Source of the DNA: an uncultured virus (IMG/VR IMGVR_UViG_3300027833_000032)
Taxonomy: Duplodnaviria; Heunggongvirae; Uroviricota; Caudoviricetes
IMG/VR virus record: IMGVR_UViG_3300027833_000032
Length of the DNA stretch: 64,000 nucleotides
Strand: one strand, 5' to 3'
In this document: piece after piece, positions 46,773 to 57,079 of the stretch
Position numbering within the stretch: the first letter of the stretch is position 1
How the letters are laid out: the number at the start of each line of letters is the position of its first letter
Notes under the pieces: model-generated
Databases searched by the model: none
What the model saw: the letters and a program-made list of their open reading frames with translations, nothing else
What the model was told of the DNA's origin: nothing
Program-made: the position numbers and the translations under genes

Positions 46773-49700
46773 ATGTCCAAATTTGGAACACTCACAGGAA
46801 AGAATCAATTAATCGGTCATGGTATACCGCAAGCCTTTCCTATTACGCTTGATCCAGTACCGTTCGAAGGTTCTGTGGTTTATGCTGATAACGGAGAGTT
46901 AAGATACTCCGATGGCACAAACTGGTTGGAATTAGGAACCGGCCCTCAGGGAACACAAGGTACAACTGGTATTCAAGGCGGTCAAGGTGTCCAAGGTGAT
47001 TACGGTCCCGGCTTTACAATAATCGGCGCGGTCGCTGATGTTGATACTGGTGGCAATCCGCAAACAACTCTTAACACTGCATTCCCATCTGCTACAGTTG
47101 GTGATGGTGTTATTGATGACGCTGATGACGAACTTTGGATTTACGACGGAAGTACTTGGGTAAACATTGGATCATTTAGAGGTGTTCAAGGTTTACAAGG
47201 ATCTAATGGTCCTCAAGGTGTTCAAGGAACACTTGGTAACGAAGGTATCCAGGGCGAACGAGGATATCGTGGTTTCCAAGGTCCAAAAGGTATTCAAGGT
47301 ACTCAGGGTGTTCAAGGTGACTTAGGTATTCAAGGTTTGCAAGGTCGTATTGGACCGCAAGGTGTACAAGGTGTACAAGGCGAAACCGGTATTCAAGGTT
47401 TGCAAGGTCGTGAAGGACCACAAGGTGTTCAAGGAATAACTGGTATTCAAGGTGATACTGGTATTCAAGGTATACAAGGGTTTAATGGTGACGACTCCGG
47501 TACAATAGTTCAATATGTTCTCGGTAACGCTATAACTGAATCTCCTGCTCCTGCAGGTGGATTCATGACATTTAATAATCCATCAACAAACACTACATTT
47601 ACTGGTGTTACTAAGATTTGGATTAATGATGATGACTCGTTTAATAATAACTTAGATGGTCTATATCAATATATTGCTAGTTCATCATCTGCTAATAAAG
47701 CTTATGTAAAAATAACAAAGCGCGATGAACCATCACGATACGCAATTTTCTCAGTACAAGACATCGTTGAAGATATTGGTGGTACTTATTGGGAATTAGA
47801 TGTAACATTCTTAGCTGGTTCTGCTACTAAGGAACATTTTGTTATAGAAGATTCTGGTAATCCAGGTACTTATATTAGTTACCCGTTATTAGTTGCTTTT
47901 GATGTTTCTGGTGATCGAGGTATTCAAGGTGTTCAAGGGCCAATAGGACCCCAAGGAACAACTGGTATTCAAGGTATTCAAGGAGTTATAGGTCCGCAGG
48001 GTGTTCAAGGAACAACTGGTATTCAAGGTGTTCAAGGGCTACAAGGAGTTCAAGGTACACAAGGTTCAATCGGGCCACAAGGAGTTCAAGGTTTACAAGG
48101 ACCACAAGGAACACAAGGTTCAGCTGGTGACTTCGGAGGTATTTCATACGAGTATACTTACGGAAATGCTACTACCGACGCAGATCCCGGCTCCGGTAAC
48201 TTAAGGTTCAGTTCTGTAAACTTCTCTTCTGCTAACTTAAAACTATGGATTGACGACGAAGAAGCAAACGCTGTCAATGTTATGGATGGATTACTTACTG
48301 AATTAGATGCACTAACAGGTTCACCTAAAGGTTATATTAGAGTAGTTAATTCTGCTAATTATGCTGAACAAGTACTTTTCAGAATTGATCTTATTACAGA
48401 TAAAACTGGTTATTGGCAATGTGATGTTACACGTTTAAATGGTGCAACTGCATTTTCTAATTCTACAAATTTAAGAGTCACATTCTCAAGAAATGGCGAT
48501 CGTGGCTTACAAGGTATCCAGGGTGTTCAAGGTGTTCAAGGCCAACTAGGTTTCCAAGGTACTCAGGGTATTCAAGGCGAAAAAGGTATCCAAGGATTCC
48601 AAGGCCTTCAGGGTTTACAGGGTGTTCAAGGCGAATCAATTCAAGGTACTCAGGGTACACAAGGGATAACAGGTTCTCAGGGACTACAGGGTCTACAAGG
48701 AGTACAAGGTGGTACTGGTGGACAAGGTGTTCAAGGTGTTCAAGGAACAACCGGTATTCAAGGGTTGCAAGGCTTACAAGGTGAACAAGGACAATATGGT
48801 GGATTAACATTCCCATGGAACTTTGTTAATAACACACTTGGTGGTACTGATCCTGGCACAAACAATTTCAAATTCAATAATGCTAACCCAACACTTGCTA
48901 CATTAATTACAATTGATGATATTCCTACTGATCAGTTCGATGAACAAGTAGACGATTTCTTTGATTTTATTGCTGGTCAACCAGGTACAGTTAAAGGTTA
49001 TCTAAAAATACAAGAAGGTAATTACGAGTCAGGTTCTGGTCCGGCTGGACATCATTGGTTAATATACGAAATTACTGGTTGGACGTGGGACAGTGCTTCA
49101 AATAATTACGGTTACTGGGATGTTAATTATGTTGACGGTAACGTTACTAACTGGCAGACTTCTGTTAACGCGATTCACGGGCCAACTACTCTAATTACAT
49201 TTGTTCCTCGTGGTCCAGCAGGTATTCAAGGTGTTCAAGGAACAACTGGTATTCAAGGAACACAAGGTTTAACTGGTGCTGGTACACAAGGTACACAGGG
49301 TATACAAGGTATTTTAGGTTTACAAGGAACATCTGGTTCATTCGGTGGTGTAACCTTTGATTATACTTTCGACAGCTCGGTGGCTAACGGTGATCCAGGA
49401 ACTGGTAAATTAAGAATTAATAATAGCACATTATCATCTGGTACTGCAATGTACATTGATAATCGTGACGATAACTTTATTGATATCTCTACATTCTTAG
49501 CAACCATTGATGATTCTACGTCGCCGATTAAAGGCCACTTTAAGATTACAAAAGTTGGTTCACCTGAGATATTCCATTTATACACGATATCCACAGCAAC
49601 ACCAATCGGTGGTTATTTCAATGTGGGTTGTGCTCATGTTGATGGTAACGGCACACTATCAGATGCTGACGATATTACAATCACATTTGCAAGAACTGGT

Positions 49701-52163
49701 GACGCTGGTGCAACAGGTTCAACTGGTGCTCAAGGTATCCAAGGGCCACAAGGACCTCAAGGTTTACAAGGCTTGCAAGGTCTTACAGGCGCTGGTGCTC
49801 AAGGATCAACTGGTGGTATTGGTTCTCAGGGTGTTCAAGGATTACAAGGTCTAATAGGTGCTGGAGCAGATGGTATTCAAGGTTTACAAGGACTGCAAGG
49901 TATCCAAGGCGACTTAGGATTACAAGGTCTTCAAGGTCTTACAGGTGCTGGTGAAGCTGGTTCTCAAGGTACTGGCGGTTCTCAAGGTGCTCAAGGTCTA
50001 CAAGGTGTTCAAGGTATAACCGGTGCTGGTATTCAAGGTTTACAAGGTTTACAAGGCCCAGGCGGGGTTGGTGCTGAAGGTGGTCAAGGTGTTCAAGGTG
50101 GATACGGACTGCAAGGTGTACAAGGTTTACAAGGTATTGCTGGTTCAGGCGGTATTGGTGGACAAGGTACACAGGGTATTCAAGGTGTTCAAGGATCTGA
50201 CGGCCCTCAGGGTTTACAAGGTGGTGATGGTGGCGAAGGCCAACCAGGCGGACCTGGTTCTCAAGGTACACAAGGTTTAACTGGTGGTGGTACTCAAGGT
50301 ATACAAGGACCTCAAGGTACTGATGGATTTGGTTTCCAAGGTGCTGAGGGCTCTGGTACTCAAGGTATTCAAGGCGAACGAGGTGTTCAAGGTTTAGGTG
50401 GATCTGGTCCGCAAGGTACACAAGGTGTGCAAGGTTCCGATGGAGGCAGTGGTCCTCAAGGAACAACCGGTGACGGTATTCAAGGTGTTCAAGGCCCACA
50501 AGGTATCTCTGGTGTAACTGGTCTTGGAGTTCAAGGACTTCAGGGCATACAAGGTGTACAAGGATTCCAAGGTGTACAAGGTATGACTGGACTTGGTGCA
50601 CAGGGTGCATTAGGTTTCCAAGGTGCTCAAGGAAATGAAGGTGCAGGAAGTGCAGGACCTCAAGGACCGCAAGGTGACATGGGTATCCAGGGTACTCAAG
50701 GTCCAATAGGTTTCCAAGGACTGGTTGGTGCAACGTCTACTCAGGGCGCGCAAGGAATGCAAGGCAACCAAGGTGCGCAAGGTAACGACGGAGGCGGTGG
50801 TTTCCAAGGTATACAAGGCGACGTCGGTATCCAAGGCTATCAAGGTCTAGACGGCGGTAGCGGTGGAGCTGGTTCTCAAGGAACAACAGGTACTCAAGGT
50901 CCATTCGGTTTCCAAGGTGGCTCAGGCCCAAGCGGTGTTGGTGTTCAAGGTCCTAGAGGCTCACAGGGAATTGTTGGTGCTGGCGGTCAAGGACCAGCAG
51001 GTCCTCAAGGCCCGGCTGGTTCTGAAGTTGGTCCACAGGGTTCTGCAGGATTCCAAGGTCCATTAGGTAACACTGGTGCTCAAGGTCTTACAGGTGCTGG
51101 TGGTGTTGGTATTCAAGGAACTCAGGGTACTGGAGGTAATAACGGTGCACAAGGACCAGCAGGTTCACAAGGTGTTCAAGGTACTGCCGGCGGCAGTACT
51201 GGACTAGATGTCCCAAGCTTACACACATCTGGTTTACAAGGTACTGCAATGTTTATCACCATGGTACAAGGTGGTAGCGGAGTACGACCATTATATGGTA
51301 CAACTTCTCCAAACCCAGGTGGTGAACAGAACTTCTACTATACAGCTAATGACGACGAGTTAACATTAGAAAATCTTAAGATTGATGGTTCAGCTACACT
51401 TAATGGCGCGACAATTACGTCATGGCCTTCAAGTGGTAGTGCTATTACTGTACAAGATGAAGGCTCATCATTAGCAACAGCGGCCTCAACTATTAACTTT
51501 GTTGGTGCGGGTGTTGTAGCATCTGGAACAAGCGCTACTAAAACAATTACAATTGCCGGTGGCGGTAGTGCTATTACTGTGCAAGATGAAGGCTCATCAT
51601 TAGCGACGGCAGCCTCAACTATTAACTTTGTAGGTTCAGGTGTTGTAGCATCTGGAACAGGCGCAACTAAAACAATTACAATTGGCGGTGGCGGTACATT
51701 AAGTAATGTCGTAGAAGATACAACTCCTCAGTTGGGTGGTAACTTAGACGGACAAGCATTCACTGTTACTACTACTGGCGATATTACAGCTGCTAACTTT
51801 AACTCAACGTCTGATGAGTCACTTAAAGAAAATGTAGAAACAATTGAAAATGCACTTTCTAAAGTTATTAACATGCGTGGTGTTAACTTTAATTGGAAAG
51901 AAAATAGTCAACCAGGTACTGGTGTAATAGCACAAGAAATTGAAACTGTTCTTCCTTCTGTTGTTACAGAAAGTGACGAAGGTATTAAGCATGTTCAATA
52001 CGGTAACATAGTTGGTACGTTGATTGAAGCAATTAAAGAGCAACAACGACAGATCGAAATATTACAAGAAATATCACATGCTCCTATTGAAGCTGGTGGA
52101 GCTACTGAGTTACTAGGCTTAATTAATGATATTGAATCTAGATTAAACTTACTGGAAGAATAA
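46773..52163 (+). CDS. collagen-like tail fibre with C-terminal S74 chaperone domain
   Basis: Long Gly-X-Gln tracts, four related globular inserts, then SDESLKEN..RGVNF.W..GVIAQE.E..LP..V.YG...G.LIEAIKE. Confidence 0.88.
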   Translation: MSKFGTLTGKNQLIGHGIPQAFPITLDPVPFEGSVVYADNGELRYSDGTNWLELGTGPQGTQGTTGIQGGQGVQGDYGPGFTIIGAVADVDTGGNPQTTLNTAFPSATVGDGVIDDADDELWIYDGSTWVNIGSFRGVQGLQGSNGPQGVQGTLGNEGIQGERGYRGFQGPKGIQGTQGVQGDLGIQGLQGRIGPQGVQGVQGETGIQGLQGREGPQGVQGITGIQGDTGIQGIQGFNGDDSGTIVQYVLGNAITESPAPAGGFMTFNNPSTNTTFTGVTKIWINDDDSFNNNLDGLYQYIASSSSANKAYVKITKRDEPSRYAIFSVQDIVEDIGGTYWELDVTFLAGSATKEHFVIEDSGNPGTYISYPLLVAFDVSGDRGIQGVQGPIGPQGTTGIQGIQGVIGPQGVQGTTGIQGVQGLQGVQGTQGSIGPQGVQGLQGPQGTQGSAGDFGGISYEYTYGNATTDADPGSGNLRFSSVNFSSANLKLWIDDEEANAVNVMDGLLTELDALTGSPKGYIRVVNSANYAEQVLFRIDLITDKTGYWQCDVTRLNGATAFSNSTNLRVTFSRNGDRGLQGIQGVQGVQGQLGFQGTQGIQGEKGIQGFQGLQGLQGVQGESIQGTQGTQGITGSQGLQGLQGVQGGTGGQGVQGVQGTTGIQGLQGLQGEQGQYGGLTFPWNFVNNTLGGTDPGTNNFKFNNANPTLATLITIDDIPTDQFDEQVDDFFDFIAGQPGTVKGYLKIQEGNYESGSGPAGHHWLIYEITGWTWDSASNNYGYWDVNYVDGNVTNWQTSVNAIHGPTTLITFVPRGPAGIQGVQGTTGIQGTQGLTGAGTQGTQGIQGILGLQGTSGSFGGVTFDYTFDSSVANGDPGTGKLRINNSTLSSGTAMYIDNRDDNFIDISTFLATIDDSTSPIKGHFKITKVGSPEIFHLYTISTATPIGGYFNVGCAHVDGNGTLSDADDITITFARTGDAGATGSTGAQGIQGPQGPQGLQGLQGLTGAGAQGSTGGIGSQGVQGLQGLIGAGADGIQGLQGLQGIQGDLGLQGLQGLTGAGEAGSQGTGGSQGAQGLQGVQGITGAGIQGLQGLQGPGGVGAEGGQGVQGGYGLQGVQGLQGIAGSGGIGGQGTQGIQGVQGSDGPQGLQGGDGGEGQPGGPGSQGTQGLTGGGTQGIQGPQGTDGFGFQGAEGSGTQGIQGERGVQGLGGSGPQGTQGVQGSDGGSGPQGTTGDGIQGVQGPQGISGVTGLGVQGLQGIQGVQGFQGVQGMTGLGAQGALGFQGAQGNEGAGSAGPQGPQGDMGIQGTQGPIGFQGLVGATSTQGAQGMQGNQGAQGNDGGGGFQGIQGDVGIQGYQGLDGGSGGAGSQGTTGTQGPFGFQGGSGPSGVGVQGPRGSQGIVGAGGQGPAGPQGPAGSEVGPQGSAGFQGPLGNTGAQGLTGAGGVGIQGTQGTGGNNGAQGPAGSQGVQGTAGGSTGLDVPSLHTSGLQGTAMFITMVQGGSGVRPLYGTTSPNPGGEQNFYYTANDDELTLENLKIDGSATLNGATITSWPSSGSAITVQDEGSSLATAASTINFVGAGVVASGTSATKTITIAGGGSAITVQDEGSSLATAASTINFVGSGVVASGTGATKTITIGGGGTLSNVVEDTTPQLGGNLDGQAFTVTTTGDITAANFNSTSDESLKENVETIENALSKVINMRGVNFNWKENSQPGTGVIAQEIETVLPSVVTESDEGIKHVQYGNIVGTLIEAIKEQQRQIEILQEISHAPIEAGGATELLGLINDIESRLNLLEE
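46941..51183 (+). repeat. collagen-like Gly-X-Gln coding repeats (9-nt periodic, CAAGGT-rich)
   Basis: Many GGT-NNN-CAA units in several tracts separated by globular domains. Confidence 0.92.
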
Positions 52164-52164
52164 T

Positions 52165-52614
52165 GTGGTTAGATATTATAAGGGCGAGTTCAGAGATGAG
52201 CGCACTGAGTTTGAGCGCATAACAAGAGACTATGTAGGTAATGACCCTCAAGCTGTACAAGATCAGTTAAGATATTTAGAAGGTTTATTTTATAGCGCTC
52301 AGCCTGAAAAGCTCAGAGGGCCAATGTGGAGTAGGCTGCAAAATAGTGGTAGCTGGAATATTAAAAGTATAGATGCTATCTTTAAAAAATTGCGGATGGA
52401 TGGTGTTAGAAGAGACGTAAGTAGAGTAATTACTCAATTTATTGGTGCAGGCTTAGTAAACGATTTCAATGGCAAAGTTGAATGTCCTATAATATTACGC
52501 GCACCCAACAATCTGGGCTACGAATATCAACTCGTAGCTGGTAATATTCGTCTCTCGGCCGCAAAAGCACTAGGACTAACTCCAGAAGTTATTATATTGG
52601 AGACGGACTGGTAA
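52165..52614 (+). CDS. hypothetical protein with ParB/sulfiredoxin-like motif
   Basis: GTG start 1 nt after the upstream stop; PIILR....YQLVAGNIRLSAAKALG. Confidence 0.62.
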   Translation: MVRYYKGEFRDERTEFERITRDYVGNDPQAVQDQLRYLEGLFYSAQPEKLRGPMWSRLQNSGSWNIKSIDAIFKKLRMDGVRRDVSRVITQFIGAGLVNDFNGKVECPIILRAPNNLGYEYQLVAGNIRLSAAKALGLTPEVIILETDW

Positions 52615-52621
52615 TAAAGCG

Positions 52622-52629
52622 AATAAATA
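52622..52629 (+). promoter_or_regulatory. T4 late promoter (AATAAATA variant)
   Basis: Intergenic, upstream of ATG 52671. Confidence 0.7.
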
Positions 52630-52670
52630 ATATAGATAATGTAAGATATTAAAATAAAGGTTTATCTCCA

Positions 52671-53012
52671 ATGGCATCAAGAGCAAATATATACATCGAT
52701 AAAGGCTGTGATTTTAGAACCACCATTGAACTTTTCAATGAGGTTGGTACTGATTATTCTGCTTCTGAAATCGCCGTGTACAGCTTCTATTCAAGCATCA
52801 AAAAGGTGTATTCTGACTCTACGAGTATCGCAAACTTTACTATAGAAACTTCTAACAATGATATTACTCTTGTTTTAACTGATCAGCAAACAGACTTGAT
52901 TAAGCCTGGAAAATACCAATATGATGTAATCATGCAAAAACAAACAGGAGAGAGATCTAAAATAGTTGAAGGCTTAGCATTCATAGTCGATACTGTTACG
53001 GAGGTTTCGTAA
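52671..53012 (+). CDS. small virion structural protein (Ig-like / BppU-N-like)
   Basis: ANIYIDKG.DF, L.LT..QT..IKPGKY.YDV and KIVEG pattern. Confidence 0.72.
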   Translation: MASRANIYIDKGCDFRTTIELFNEVGTDYSASEIAVYSFYSSIKKVYSDSTSIANFTIETSNNDITLVLTDQQTDLIKPGKYQYDVIMQKQTGERSKIVEGLAFIVDTVTEVS

Positions 53013-56000
53013 GTGTCAATAAAGGTTAAGATCGGCGGTGGTCGATCGATCAAGGCCGTCCCAAAGGAAGGCTCAACAACATCAATTGTAGCCCCAGCAG
53101 AACGAAAACCACAAATTGTTCCAGATTCTGTTGTTCTTGGTATAGACACAATAGGCAGTTATGTTCAACAAATAGAAAGTGCTAATGGTATTATCGTTAC
53201 TCAAACAGTATACGATCAAGCTGCCAATGTGGTTATCGGCCATGCAGATACTTCAAACGCAGTAAGCACAACAAATTCAAATTTATCTTATCCGAAAAAT
53301 ATATCAATTGATACATTCGGACATGTTACTGATTTTGATAATGTCAGTTTTAATCCTCTTAACTTTTCTGCCAATTCAACTATTATATCTTCTACCGATA
53401 TTACACTCGGTACAACATCTCTTACATTAGGCGAAACAACAACAGAGATTGAAGGTCTTACTGTACTAACAATAAACGGATTATTCACTGCTGCTAACGG
53501 TGCATTTTTACAAGGTATAGATGTTACAGGTCAGGCAGAAGTTGGTTCATTAAATGTTGAAGATCTAACATCAGGCCGTGTTGTTACAGTAGGAGCTAAT
53601 GGAGAATTACAGGACTCCAATAATTTAAGATTCGATGGCACAAGTATTGTTGCTTCGGGTGGTGTATTCCTTGATGACCTTGACGTAAGTACTGGTCAAG
53701 CAACACTAGGCTCTGTTAATATACAAGATTTGACTCAAGGTCGAATAATGTATGCTGGAGCCAATGGTGAATTAATTGACTCTGCCAATCTTACCTTTGA
53801 TGATGTTTCCATTACAGCAACTGGTGGTGTATTTTTAAATATACTTCAAGTACCTGGACAATCAGAATTAGGTTCGGTTAATGTTACAGATTTAACATCG
53901 GGCAGAATAATAACTGCAGGCACGAATGGCGAATTACAAGACTCTAATAAGTTAAGATTTGATGGAACAACGCTTACAGTTGAAGGCGATGCCGATATTA
54001 CAGGTAACATTACTATTGGTGGTAATCTTACACTAGGTGATAATCAAGTTGATACAATTAACGTCGTTGCAGATTTTACTTCTGATCTTATTCCTGACGC
54101 TTCAGGTTTATACAGTTTAGGTACACCTACTAAAAACTGGCATAGATTATTTACTCCTTCCTTAAAGAGTTCTTCAGGTGTTGTTTCAATTGATGAAACA
54201 GGAGCATTTGTATTACCTGTAGGTGGAACCGCAGATCGTCCTGCTAACAACGAAGTTGGTATGATTCGTTATAACAGTTCTGACGAAAGATTTGAAGGTT
54301 ATGACGGTGTAGGTTGGTCAGAATTAGCAGGTTCAGTAAAAGACGTTGATAAAGATACATTAATTACTGCTGAAGATTCTCCTGGCTCAGATAACGACCA
54401 ATTAAAATTCAAGACGGCAGGCGTTCAAAGAATGTCGCTCGAAGCCGATGGTGATTTAAAATACGGTCCTAACGATGAGGTTGTGTTTGACTTTGCTACA
54501 GGCGGAGCAACATTTGGTGCAGCAGCTGTTTCAACTATTCCTTCTGGGTCGGTTGTTACTAGTGGACCTGGCGGTGACTTGCGCGGTGAAGCAAACCTTG
54601 CATGGGATGGAACAAATTTAACAATCGTCGGTGGTATTACAGTTGATGGAGACTTTAGTACGTCAGGTGGTTTATCAGGAGATAGTTTATCAGTAGGTAA
54701 CCTTGAAGCGAACACAATGATGTTCGTAACCGATACCGGTGCGCTATCTTCAAATAACAATATTCAGTTTGATGGCAGCCACATGGCAGTCAACGCCACT
54801 TCACAGTTTATAGTAGCTCCAACAATCGAAACAGTTGCAATAGGTCAAGTATTTGTTGCAGGAGCTAACGGTCAATTACAGGGTAGTAACGGTCTAACAT
54901 ACGATGGTACTGACCTTAATGTTACTGGTAGTGTTGACATTAGTGGTGGATTAACTATCGGTGATGATTCAGTATTTGGTGGTACACAGGTTACAGTACC
55001 AAGTATTAATGTTTTAGATCTAACATCAGGGCGAGTAACGTTTGCTGGTACTAGCGGAGAACTAACTGATAGTAACAAACTAACTTTTGACGGCACAACA
55101 TTCACAGTTGATGGTGGCGGTTCGTTTACTGGTGATGTATCGATCGCTGGTAATTTGACTCTTGGTGACCAAGTACAAGACACGATTAATGTTGTTGCAG
55201 ACTTTACAAGTAATCTAATTCCAAAAGACGACGCGACTTATAATCTAGGTGCTACTGGTTCTAATTGGAATACTTTACATATACGAACACTTGACAGTGA
55301 TACTGAAGTAGTTACAGTAGATACAACTGGAGCGTTTACAGTACCTGTTGGCACAACAGCAGAACGACCAACTCCTCTTGCTGCTGGTATGGTTCGATTC
55401 AATAATTCTGATGGAGTATTTGAAGGATATAGTGGAGCGGCATGGGCAAGCCTTGGCGGTGTTAAAGACGTTGACCAAGATACCTTTATTGAAGCAGAGT
55501 CAAGTCCTGGCGCCGATAATGACGAACTAAACTTTGTTACAGCAGGGACTTCAAGGTTTAAACTTGGAGCCACGGGTTCTATTACGACTGCTGCTGGAAC
55601 TAATATAACTTTTGACTTAGGATCAGGTGGTAAGATTGATGCTGGTGCTACAATTATTACTGGTGTGTCAGACCCAGTTGCAAATACTGATGCGGTCAAT
55701 TATAACTATTTAGAAAATGGTGGCTTTGCAAGAACATTTACTGTTACTAAAGGCGCCAATACTTACAATTTAGATTTACTACAAGATAATAATAGAGCTG
55801 CTATAGACATAGGTACTGCTCTTACTATTGAAACATACGATAGCGGAAACAATGTTGTACAAATTGGATTAGATCCTGTATGGCAATCGTTTGTAGGATT
55901 AAGAGAAGCTGGTGTTGAAGGAACAGTACCAAACTTTGAGTTTGATGTTTACGGACGTGTTCGTTCTATTGTAAATATTCCTTTATCGGTTTCTTCCAAC

Positions 56001-57041
56001 GCGGTTGTCGACTTCGTACCTTCTATTTACGGTGTTCTTGAAGACGCTGTTAGAAATGGTAATTACGAACGTGGTATTACGGTTACATCTAATAATGCAA
56101 TACAAAAATTAGATTTTGTTACTAATTCGTTTGATATTGACTTAACAGGTGCTGTAGCTGGTAATGGTAGAGTAATAAGCAACTCAAATGTTTCAATTAA
56201 TACAACTTTAGATTTAGCTCCTTTAGATGTTCGATACCTTAATGTTCAAGGTGGAGATACAGCTAACGGTGTTCTTGCTGCTACTAGATTTGCAGATAAA
56301 GAAGATACAAATTACTTTACAGAACCGGCAGCTACTTCAAGACTTGCTGACTTACACCTTGGTTATAATAAGCCTAGTACTACTCTTACATTTGGTACTG
56401 GTGCATCGAATATGTACATGTATGCTCAAGGAACTAAACTTGGTTTCTTAAGTAGCTCACTTAACTTTGGTACTTATTTTGATACACTGAATAACAGTTG
56501 GTATACAAATGATGGTTCTGTCTTCTCTAGAAACTTTATTGATAGTCAGGATATAAATTATCTTTTAAACCCTGCTGGTTATAACTCTAGAATTAAAGGG
56601 TTAAATGTTGACGGTCAAATAGTTATTGGATCAGATTTAACATTCTCAAACAATACTATTAGTAACTCCACTGGAGATATCACAATATCATCCAATGGTA
56701 ATTTGAATGTCGATAACATTATTATATCACAATTAGCTGACGCTGTCAACCCCCAAGATGCTATTAATAAGAGATTTTTACAATCAGAGCTAGATAATTT
56801 AACAACAAGTGGTATTTTGATTGGTGCTGAGACTGGAACTGTAGATACAGTTGCTCTTGGTGAAACAATTACCTTTGCTGCTGGTGAAGGAATAAATACA
56901 ACTGTTGCAAATAATCAAATAACAATTGCTGGTGAATTAGCAAGTGATACCAATATTGGTGTAGCTTCGTTTAACACAGCAAACTTTACTGTAACGAGCG
57001 GTGATGTAGCCGTCACAACGCTTGATGGAGGAACCTTTTAA
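53013..57041 (+). CDS. tail fibre-like protein (1342 aa) with internal duplications
   Basis: GTG start with GGAGG RBS; repeated DLTSGR..AG.NGEL.DS units; duplicated [18 protein letters not shown]...VKDVD.DT block; ends LDGGTF. Confidence 0.82.
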   Translation: MSIKVKIGGGRSIKAVPKEGSTTSIVAPAERKPQIVPDSVVLGIDTIGSYVQQIESANGIIVTQTVYDQAANVVIGHADTSNAVSTTNSNLSYPKNISIDTFGHVTDFDNVSFNPLNFSANSTIISSTDITLGTTSLTLGETTTEIEGLTVLTINGLFTAANGAFLQGIDVTGQAEVGSLNVEDLTSGRVVTVGANGELQDSNNLRFDGTSIVASGGVFLDDLDVSTGQATLGSVNIQDLTQGRIMYAGANGELIDSANLTFDDVSITATGGVFLNILQVPGQSELGSVNVTDLTSGRIITAGTNGELQDSNKLRFDGTTLTVEGDADITGNITIGGNLTLGDNQVDTINVVADFTSDLIPDASGLYSLGTPTKNWHRLFTPSLKSSSGVVSIDETGAFVLPVGGTADRPANNEVGMIRYNSSDERFEGYDGVGWSELAGSVKDVDKDTLITAEDSPGSDNDQLKFKTAGVQRMSLEADGDLKYGPNDEVVFDFATGGATFGAAAVSTIPSGSVVTSGPGGDLRGEANLAWDGTNLTIVGGITVDGDFSTSGGLSGDSLSVGNLEANTMMFVTDTGALSSNNNIQFDGSHMAVNATSQFIVAPTIETVAIGQVFVAGANGQLQGSNGLTYDGTDLNVTGSVDISGGLTIGDDSVFGGTQVTVPSINVLDLTSGRVTFAGTSGELTDSNKLTFDGTTFTVDGGGSFTGDVSIAGNLTLGDQVQDTINVVADFTSNLIPKDDATYNLGATGSNWNTLHIRTLDSDTEVVTVDTTGAFTVPVGTTAERPTPLAAGMVRFNNSDGVFEGYSGAAWASLGGVKDVDQDTFIEAESSPGADNDELNFVTAGTSRFKLGATGSITTAAGTNITFDLGSGGKIDAGATIITGVSDPVANTDAVNYNYLENGGFARTFTVTKGANTYNLDLLQDNNRAAIDIGTALTIETYDSGNNVVQIGLDPVWQSFVGLREAGVEGTVPNFEFDVYGRVRSIVNIPLSVSSNAVVDFVPSIYGVLEDAVRNGNYERGITVTSNNAIQKLDFVTNSFDIDLTGAVAGNGRVISNSNVSINTTLDLAPLDVRYLNVQGGDTANGVLAATRFADKEDTNYFTEPAATSRLADLHLGYNKPSTTLTFGTGASNMYMYAQGTKLGFLSSSLNFGTYFDTLNNSWYTNDGSVFSRNFIDSQDINYLLNPAGYNSRIKGLNVDGQIVIGSDLTFSNNTISNSTGDITISSNGNLNVDNIIISQLADAVNPQDAINKRFLQSELDNLTTSGILIGAETGTVDTVALGETITFAAGEGINTTVANNQITIAGELASDTNIGVASFNTANFTVTSGDVAVTTLDGGTF

Positions 57042-57079
57042 TATCGCCTAAATAGGCTTATGATATAAAGGACATACAT

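Noticed and set aside
46941..51183. Dense short repeats as a possible CRISPR array or satellite
   Set aside because: They are 9-nt periodic, in-frame collagen codons with no constant repeat and unique spacer structure.
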